Source: Eledone cirrhosa
Taxonomy: Eukaryota
DNA length: 64,000 nt
Direction: 5' to 3'
NCBI GenBank assembly: GCA_964016885.1
Contig: OZ024741.1
Span: 217,248,001 to 217,312,000 of the forward strand
Each line of letters begins with the position of its first letter. The first letter of the stretch is position 1. The translations under genes were made by a program, and so were the position numbers. A model generated the notes under the pieces. The model was not told the DNA's origin. It ran no database searches and saw nothing but the letters and a program-made list of their open reading frames with translations. Of the stretch, positions 55,701 to 64,000 are shown in pieces.

Positions 55701-57204
55701 AGAACAGGTCAACATCATTAACTGCCATTGTGTTGAAGGCTTTATATCAGAGTGTTGTTCCTTCTCCTAGACTGATGTCCTAACAAGAACTAGGAGTTTC
55801 TCACTCCCAGTTGGCTAGCCATGCACTCGGGTACCCCACCAAGTATTTCCATGTCACTGGACACCCATACATAATACATTAATGATTTCTAGTATAAGCA
55901 CAAGGCCAGTAATTTGGGGGAAGGGGAAGGTAGATTAAATCGACCCGAGTACGTTACTGGTACTTTATTTTATCGACCCCATAAGGTTGAAAGGCAAAGT
56001 TAACCTTGGCGGGATTTGAATTCTGACCGTAAAGGGATGTAACTCTTTGCTGCAAAGCATGGTGTCCGACCCTCTACCAATACTGCCAGTTCACCGCCTT
56101 CATAATACATTAATACATATATTTATATATCATCATCATTATTATATATACATACACAGATACATATGTACATAAACTGATACACATAACTACATGCAAT
56201 GTTAAAAGTCACATATGTATATATACCTTTAGGTGGACCAAACCTTGTACAAACTATGTGACCTCTTTCAACACAATGACTTCTGTTACAGTCTATTCTA
56301 AATGATTCTTCTGATGATGATACATATATATATATATAATGAAACATATATATATGTATCATCATCAGTCCATGCTGTAAAGTGGTCATGTAGGGGACAT
56401 GTTAAATAGCACCCAGCACACACTGAAAAAGTTGTTGGTGTTAGGAAGGATATCCAGCCATAAAAACAAAGCCAAAATCAGGAGCAAATCACGGTCCCCT
56501 AACCTGATCTCTCACAAAGGGACAGCTTGTCGAACCTATGCTAGCATGGAAGATGGATGATAAACGATGATGATAATGTTGATGATGATGATGATCATGA
56601 TCATTATCATTTTATGTCTGTAATCCATGCTGACTTGGGTTTGGGGAGTTTGTCCCCAAATACATACATAGTAATGGCTGCATCTCAGTTTTGAGAATTG
56701 CCATCCCTTGACCTTTTTCTCATACGTGAATGTCACAAGGACTTCGATTCCTTTCTGCATATGTTGCAGCAAAAGCTAAGAAAAAATACCATGCTTACAC
56801 AACATATGTGAATGTCGTTGAGATTAAGCAATGCCTGTGCTTGAAGCTTTTTTAAATGAAGAAAGGCTTTGCACTGGACCAATCCCACTCTCTGAACAAT
56901 GGTGACAGGTATCCAAGAAGAACAGGTCAACATCATTGGCTGTCATTGAAGCACAGGTTTTACATCAGAGTTTTTCTTCTCCTAGAATGATGTCCTAATA
57001 AGAACTTAGGGTATTTTTCTCCCAACATGCTAACTGTGCACTTTGGCACCAAACCAAGTATTTCCATGCTCCTGCACATACATATATAATACACACATCA
57101 ATACATACATAATACATACATAAACACATACATGCATATATATCAACATCACCATCATCATCTGTACATGTACAGACACACATAACTACTTGCAATGTTA
57201 AAAG

Positions 57205-57238
<34 letters not shown>

Positions 57239-60200
57239 GGATTACAGACTGGCAACTCAAGCTAGCTGCGGACAAGTGTACCACCATGCATTTTAAGCAG
57301 AAAAACCCAGCATACACATATTCCCTCCACAACACCAATCTCAAGAAGCCTTGTTGTGAACGTGACCTGGGCATTATTGTCAACAGTGATTTGCATTGGA
57401 CCAGGCACATCTCTAAAATTGTCAACAAGGCTCTCCAGCTATCTATCTAAAGCTGTATATAGCTATGGTGCGTCCGAACTGAGAATTTGCATCACCACTT
57501 TGGAACTCCTATCTTGGTCAGAATATTGACCTCCTGGAATGTGTTCAGAGACGTGCAACCAAATGAATACCCTCCATCAGGCATCTACCATACTCTGAAT
57601 GCCTTGCTTCCTTGGGTATAGATACATTAAAGCTCTGATGTCTGGCAACTGACTTGGTAGATACTCACAAAATTATTAACCATCTTTCCAACAGCAACCC
57701 TGGGTGCGTTTTTGAATTCCATGTATCTAAAACCTGTGGACAAGCTTACAAAATCAGTTGTAGTGCACTTGAGCAGTGTATATAGTAATGTTCATTATTA
57801 TATTATTATTATATACCATTAGGTAGACAAAGCATCTGTGTACAAGCTACTTCACCATCTCCAACACAATGACATCTGTTACAGTCTACCATGAATGATT
57901 CTCCTGCAGTGAAATTCTTTCCATCATGGTAGCACATCCCTCTGGTCATATTAACTGGAATATAATTTAGAAATATATATCATCATCATTAATCCTCACC
58001 ATTTTTAATATAGGTGTCTGACTTTGGCAAAGATGTGTAGGTCACATCTCCTATTCATAATCTTCATGAACAGAATTAACATGCACAGCCATACTGGAAG
58101 TTGTATCACAACTGATGGTTGTAGGGTCAGTTGGATGACATGTACAGACAACATGGGGCTACTTAACTCATCAGAGAGTGATCTCTAACATACACTTGAT
58201 AGCTTTACTGCCGAGTGCTGTTCCGTAGGAATGAAATTCAATATTGTGAAGAGTGAGACTCTTGTCTTCTCTAGGAAGCCTGTACAGTGCACACTGCCAA
58301 GGTTGGATCTAATCCTTGGGTGACCCGGGTCATGTCAGATATGAGGAGACCCTGTACATAAATAATTTGAAATACACAGCAAGGCCCCTAATTTTATATA
58401 TCAAAGTAAGTTTGGCACAAGTAATTGGAATTGAAAAGTTATATATATAGGTATTAAATTGAAAAATGTTAACCATCCTAAAACTAAGAAGCCCAGCTAA
58501 GGGCACAAATAAGTTACTCTGGCATTTGCTGGTGGGGTCTCTCACTGAAGGGGGCCTGGAATAATTGCCTTACTAAATCCGGCAAAGAACACGTCATGTG
58601 ACTGGAGTCTTGTTCTTCTCATATGACATATACACAATGTTTAGTGAGACAGATCCAGATTGGTGAGCCAGAGTAAGTCATCATATTTAGTAATGTGAAT
58701 TACATCAAGGTCACCAAGACTTCACCTGGTAGGGCAATCCTGAACAACATACGGCACTGTCTGGTCAGGGTTGCTATAATCACATGCTGGGCTGTCCTTC
58801 ATGTGGGTGGAGAAGTTCAAATATTGTGGGGCCATTCTCCTGATTGATGGAAGGCAGAAGAATAAATTATGAGCAATAATTGCAGGAGCTGGTGCAGTAA
58901 TGTGCCAGCTTCAGCATTTGGTCATTAGAAAATGGGAGGTAGGTATAAAAGTAAAACTTGATATCTTCAATGTGATGTTTGTACCAACCAACTCTTACAT
59001 ATAGTCATGCATTATGGGTAATGACTGAAATAATATTATTGTAAATGCAAACAATCAAAACGTGGTTCCTCTGGAAGGTCTTTGGAGTAACATTACTGAA
59101 TGGGGTACATTGTTTAGAGAACAGGGTGTCACTCCAGGTAGAAGCACGACCTCTCGAAATCAAGTGATCACAGCAAAGTAACAAGACATACAGAAACATA
59201 TGTATGTATACCTTTAGGTTGACAAAACATCCGTGTACAAGCTACTTCACCATCTCCAACACAATGACATCTGTTACAGTCTACCATGAATGATTCTCCT
59301 GCAGTGAAGTTCCTTCCATCATGGTAGCACATCCCTCTGGTCATATTAACTGGAATATAATTTAGAAATATATATCATCATCATCATCATCATCATCACC
59401 ATCTTTAATATAGGTGTCTTCCTTTTACAAACATGTGTAGGTCACCTCTCCTGTTCATAATCTTCATGAACAGAATTAACATGCACAGCCACACTGGAAG
59501 TGGTATCACAACTGATGGTTGTAGGGTCAGTTGGATGACATGTACAAACAACATGGGGCTACTTAACTCATCAGAGAGTGATCTCTAACATACACTTGAT
59601 AGCTTTACTGCCGAGTATTGTTCACTAGGAATGAAATTCAATATTGTGAAGAGTGAGACTCTTGTCTTCTCAAGGAAGCCTGTACAGTGCACACTGCCAA
59701 GGTTGGATTTAAACCTTGGGTGACCCGACTCATGTCAGATTTGGGGAGCCCCTGTACGTAAATAATTTGAAATACACAGCAAGATCCCTAATTATATATA
59801 TCAAAGTAATCTTGGCACAAGTAATTGGAATTGAAAAGTTATATATATAGGTATTATATTAAAAAGATTTAAACCATCCTAAAACTAAAAAGCCCAGTTG
59901 AGGGCACAAATAAATTACTCTGGCAGTTGCTTGTGGGGACCCTTATTGCAGTGGGTCTGGGATCATTGCCCCATTTACACCTAATTAAATCTGGCTCTGC
60001 ACACTGCATATGAGTGGAGTCTTGTTCTTCTCATATGACATATACACAATGTTTGGAGAGACAAATCCAGATTGGTGAGCCAGAGTAAGTCATCATATTT
60101 AGTAATGTGGATTACATCAAGGTCACCTAAACTTCACCTGGTAGGGCAATCCTGAACAACATACGGCACAGTCTGGTCAGGGTTGTTATAATCACATGCT

Positions 60201-63200
60201 GGACTGTCCTTCATGTGTGTGGAGAAGTTCAAATATTGTGGGGCCATTCTCCTGATTGATGGAAGGCAGGACAATAAAGTAAGAGCAATAATTGCAGGAG
60301 CTGGTGCAGTAATGTGCCAGCTTCAGCATTTGGTCATTAGAAAATGGGAGGTAGGTATAAAAGTAAAACTTGATATCTTCAATGTGATGTTTGTACCAAC
60401 CAACTCTTACCTATAGTCATGCATTATGGGTAATGAATGAAATAATATGATTGTAAATACAAACAACCAAAATGTGGTTCCTCTGGAAGGTCTTTGGAGT
60501 AACATTACTCAATGGGGTACATTGTTTAGAGAACAGGGAGTCACTCCAGGTAGAAGCATGACTTCTTGAAATCAAGTGATCACAGCAAAGTGACAAGACA
60601 TACAGAAACATATGTATGTGTACCTTTAGGTGGACAAAACATCCGTGTACAAGCTACTTCACCATCTCCAACACAATGACATCTGTTACAGTCTACCATG
60701 AATGATTCTCCTGCAGTGAAGTTCTTTCCATCATGGTAGCACATCCCTCTGGTTATATTAACTGGAATATAATTTAGAAGTAAATATATCATCATGATCA
60801 TCATCACCATCTTTAATATAGGTGTCCTCCTTTAACAAAGATGTGTAGGTCACCTCTCCTGTTCATAATCTTCATGAACAGAATTAACATGCACAGCCAT
60901 ACTGGAAGTGGTATCAAAACTGATGGTTGTAGGGTGAGTCAGATGACATGTACAGACAACATGGGGCTACTTAACTCATCAGAGAGTGATCTCTGACATT
61001 CACATATGTATGTATACCTTTAGGTGGACAACGCATCCGTGTACAAGCTATTTCACCATCTCCTACACAATGACATCTGTTACAGTCTACCATGAATGAT
61101 TCTCCTGCACTGACGTTCATTCCATCATGGTAGCAGCCCACTCTGGTTATATTAACTGGAAAATAAGTTAGAAAAAAACCCAGCTATATATATATACCAT
61201 CATCATCATCATTGTATGCCTGTAAGACTTGGGTTGGGCTGTTTGTCACTAATCACATATGTAGATACAAACATAATAATTGTTTCTACTTTTGACACAA
61301 GACAGCATTTACACCAGTGCATTACTGGTACTTTATTTTATCAATCCTGTAAGGATGAAAGGCAAAGATAATCTCGGTGGGATTTGAACCCAGATCATAA
61401 AGGGCCGTAACTCTATGCTTCAAAGCATGGTGTCTGGCGCTCTACCAATACTGCCAATCCGCTATGTATTGCATACATACATAATAATGGCTACATCTCA
61501 GTTTTGAGAATTGCCAACCATATGGCCCTGCTCTGTGTGCAGAAAAGGAGGAGGTAGAAATTCCATTCTATGTACCAAATGCAAGCAATGGGTGCACAAG
61601 AGATGTAGTAGGATCTCAGGCAGGCTAACAAAGATTGTAGGTTTTACTCATGGCAGGTGTACATGGGCAGTAAGTAGCAAGAACCCTCAGGATACAACCA
61701 CCTTCAAATGCTCAGATGGCTTGGTTGAAGTGGTAGATAGTTTCTGTTATCTATACCAAATCAGTAGTGGGGGAGGGTGCTCCAAAAGCACAGTAACCAG
61801 AGTGAGATCAGTTTGGAGAAAGTTCAGGGAGCTACTACCGTTACTAACTACAAAAGGTTTTTCTCAAAATGAAAGGCAGACTGTATGATACATGTATATG
61901 AACAACAATGTTGCACAAAAGAGAGACCTGGCACTATGTGCGGAGGACCTGTGAAAATTGGAAAGGAATGAAGCCTCCATGCTTCACTGGATGTGCAATA
62001 GCAATATACATGGACGGCAAAGTATCAATACACTGTGTGAGGAATTAAGCTTGAGAGAAATCAATTGTTGCATGCAGGAGAGGAGATTGCATTGGTCTGG
62101 ACATGTGATGCATATGAAGGATGACAGCTGTATAATAAGGTTCAGAGCGCTTAAAGTCGATGGTAGCTGTGGTATGGGCAGGACTAGGAAGACTTAGGAT
62201 GAGGTAATAAAAGCTGACCTTGCATAATTACACCTCTCAAAGGCAATGACTCAGGACTGCAACCTCTGGCGCTATGCAGTTTTACAGAAGACCCACTCTC
62301 TATTGTTCTCGGGATGATGCTATACCTAGTAGGCAACACCTTCCTCAACCTTCTATCCCCTCTCATTCACCTCCCTCATCGGTAACCATACCTTCCCTAC
62401 TACCCTGTCCACATTTTTTCCCCCAAGCCGCTCCACTCTCGCTAGTCAGATAAAAGTGCCTAGGCCTCACTGTGTTGTGTCGGTGACGCAACAAAGGTGC
62501 TCAGTCTACACTGTAAAGAACATCCAGCCCACACAGTGAAGTGATCATGTAGGTGTCACAACAAAAAGCACCGAGCACATGCAGTCAATGTGGTTGGCTT
62601 TAGGAAGGGCATCCAGCTATAGAAAACCAGCCAGAAACTCTCCTATATAAGCAAGACATGGTCACTCGACCCAACTTGCCTCTAATTGGGACAAATCCAT
62701 CTAAGCCGTGCTAGTGAGGAAGATAGACGTTAATCGACGATGATGATGATGATGATGAACTTTTTCTCATACATGGGTGACGCAAACATGATCTTTTAAC
62801 ACTGGCAAGGAGTTAGATTCTTTTCTGCATATGTTGTAGCGAAAGGTAAAAGAAAAGCCCCACGTGAATGTTGTTTAGATTAAGTGATGTTAGAAGCTCT
62901 TGAAGTGAAAAATTGCCTTGCACTAGATCAACCCCAATCTCTGAACAATGGTGACAGGTATCCCCAAAATAATAACAGGTCAACATCATTAACTGCCATT
63001 GTGTTGAAGGCTTTATATCAGAGTGTTGTTCCTTCTCCTAGACTGATGTCCTAACAAGAACTAGGAGTTTCTCACTCCCAGTTGGCTAGCCATGCACTCG
63101 GGTACCCCACCAAATATTTCCATGTCACTGGACACCCATACATAATACATTAATGATTTCTAGTATAAGCACAAGGCCAGTAATTTGGGGGAAGGGGAAG

Positions 63201-63581
63201 GTAGATTAAATCGACCCCAGTACGTTACTGGTACTTTATTTTATCGACCCCATAAGGTTGAAAGGCAAAGTTAAACTCGGCGGGATTTGAACTCAGACCG
63301 TAAAGGGATGTAACTCTTTGCTGCAAAGCATGGTGTCCGACCCTCTACCAATACTGCCAGTTCACCGCCTTCATAATACATTAATACATATATTTATATA
63401 TCATCATCATTATTATATATACATACACAGATACATATGTACATAAACTGATACACATAACTACATGCAATGTTAAAAGTCACATATGTATATATACCTT
63501 TAGGTGGACCAAACCTTGTACAAACTATGTGACCTCTTTCAACACAATGACTTCTGTTACAGTCTATTCTAAATGATTCTT
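46657..63581 (-). CDS. Multi-exon gene (partial; 5' end lies beyond the window) encoding a tandem poly-domain Cys-rich protein, pacifastin-like serine protease inhibitor / half-VWC repeats
   Basis: 11 full-length 138-nt exons, each preceded by ...ttccag; 9 are followed by a GT donor (mostly AAAG|GTA). All are phase 1-1 and stop-free, and they concatenate in frame as (V)NMTRGMCHHDGKNFTAGESFMVDCNRCHCVGDGEIACTRMFCPPK. Two truncated copies are also present. The CNxCxC-x3-G-x3-CT-x3-C pattern matches the pacifastin core. Confidence 0.78.
47738..47875 (-). CDS. Module exon B (...EVACTRMFCPPK)
   Basis: Intact AG acceptor and GTATTC donor; 138 nt. Confidence 0.8.
49142..49279 (-). pseudogene. Module exon C (VNMTRRMCYHDGKNFTTGE...CTRMFCPPK) with mutated donor; probable skipped exon or pseudo-exon
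   Basis: Frame open and acceptor intact, but the donor reads AAAG|ATATAC instead of GTATAC (position 49141). Confidence 0.65.
50535..50672 (-). CDS. Module exon D (VNITRGMCHLDGK...VACTRMFCPPK)
   Basis: Intact splice sites; 138 nt. Confidence 0.8.
51939..52076 (-). pseudogene. Module exon E, duplicate of exon C with the same GT>AT donor mutation
   Basis: Sequence matches 49142-49279 at an offset of 2797 bp; donor reads ATATAC. Confidence 0.65.
53356..53493 (-). CDS. Module exon F (...EIACSQMRCPPK)
   Basis: Intact splice sites; variant reactive loop; the donor region is duplicated (25 bp). Confidence 0.78.
53759..53896 (-). CDS. Module exon G (VNITRVGGYHDGMNISAGE...IACTRTRCPPK), first Cys lost
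   Basis: AG and GT intact (AAAT|GTATAC); TGC>GGC relative to the paralogous exon at 61018-61155. Confidence 0.65.
54255..55487 (+). mobile_element. Intronic RTE 3' fragment (antisense to the host gene)
   Basis: WPCSVCRKG..CTKCKQW..SSGGGCS..RLHWSGHV; (GAT)n tail. Confidence 0.85.
56227..56310 (-). pseudogene. Truncated divergent module (EESFRIDCNRSHCVERGHIVCTRFGPPK)
   Basis: 3' half of the module with donor GTATAT; the 5' part is replaced by (TA)/(TCA) repeats; two further Cys lost. Confidence 0.55.
57243..57790 (+). mobile_element. CR1-like LINE 3' fragment (related pieces at ~2140-2500 and ~45470-45860 minus)
   Basis: DWQLKLAADKC..ERDLGIIVNSDLHWTRHISKIVNKA..LECVQRRATK. Confidence 0.75.
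57817..57954 (-). CDS. Module exon I (...EVACTQMLCLPN)
   Basis: Intact acceptor; donor AATG|GTATAT; 138 nt. Confidence 0.72.
59212..59349 (-). CDS. Module exon J (CYHDGRNFTA...CTRMFCQPK)
   Basis: Intact splice sites; 138 nt. Confidence 0.78.
60624..60761 (-). CDS. Module exon K (VNITRGMCYHDGK...CTRMFCPPK)
   Basis: Intact acceptor; donor GTACAC; 138 nt. Confidence 0.78.
61018..61155 (-). CDS. Module exon L (VNITRVGCYHDGMNVSAGE...IACTRMRCPPK)
   Basis: Intact splice sites; all six Cys present; 138 nt. Confidence 0.78.
61515..62758 (+). mobile_element. Duplicate of the intronic RTE fragment
   Basis: Near-identical to 54255-55487. Confidence 0.85.
63498..63581 (-). pseudogene. Truncated divergent module, duplicate of 56227-56310
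   Basis: Same sequence at an offset of 7271 bp. Confidence 0.55.
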
Positions 63582-64000
63582 CTGATGATGATACATATAT
63601 ATATATATGATGAAACATATATATATGTATCATCATCAGTCCATGCTGTAAAGTGGTCATGTAGGGGACATGTTAAATAGCACCCAGCACACACTGAAAA
63701 AGTTGTTGGTGTTAGGAAGGATATCCAGCCAGAAAAACCAAGCCAAAATCGGGAGCAAATCACGGTCCCCTAACCTGATCTCTCACAAAGGGACAGCTTG
63801 TCGAATCTATGCTAGCATGGAAGATGGATGATAAACGATGATGATAATGTTGATGATGATGATGATCATGATCATTATCATTTTATGTCTGTAATCCATG
63901 CTGACTTGGGTTTGGGGAGTTTGTCCCCAAATACATACATAGTAATGGCTGCATCTCAGTTTTGAGAATTGCCATCCCTTGACCTTTTTCTCATACATGA

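Larger units (their letters stand above)
53300..64000. repeat. ~7.27-kb segmental tandem duplication (53.3-56.7 kb matches 60.6-64.0 kb)
   Basis: Paired landmarks are offset by 7259-7271 bp (53356/60624, 53759/61018, 56227/63498). Confidence 0.85.

Overview
This is AT-rich animal DNA dense in microsatellites and transposable elements; the SINE and RTE families suggest an octopus-like cephalopod (inference). There are no prokaryotic genes, no CRISPR array and no intact long host ORF. Two things stand out. (1) At 46.6-63.6 kb a minus-strand gene is built from a tandem array of 138-nt symmetric phase 1-1 exons: 11 full-length copies plus 2 truncated ones. Each exon encodes a normally six-Cys pacifastin-like/half-VWC module (C-x16-CNRCHC-x3-G-x3-CT-x3-C) whose predicted reactive loop varies between copies. 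The array grew by nested ~1.4, ~2.8 and ~7.3 kb duplications, and two copies have dead splice donors. (2) Fold-back (inverted-repeat) elements sit in (TA)n tracts, and several carry minimal type I hammerhead ribozyme motifs from at least five distinct sequence families. One is a 310-bp tandem+inverted retrozyme/Penelope-pLTR-like array, and a Penelope-like (Naiad-type) RT fragment is also present. The rest is RTE LINEs with a PHD-like finger inside the RT, CR1 fragments, a hAT/Charlie element with TSD, Tc1/mariner and piggyBac-type MITEs, Helitron-like ends, SINEs and mini/microsatellites.
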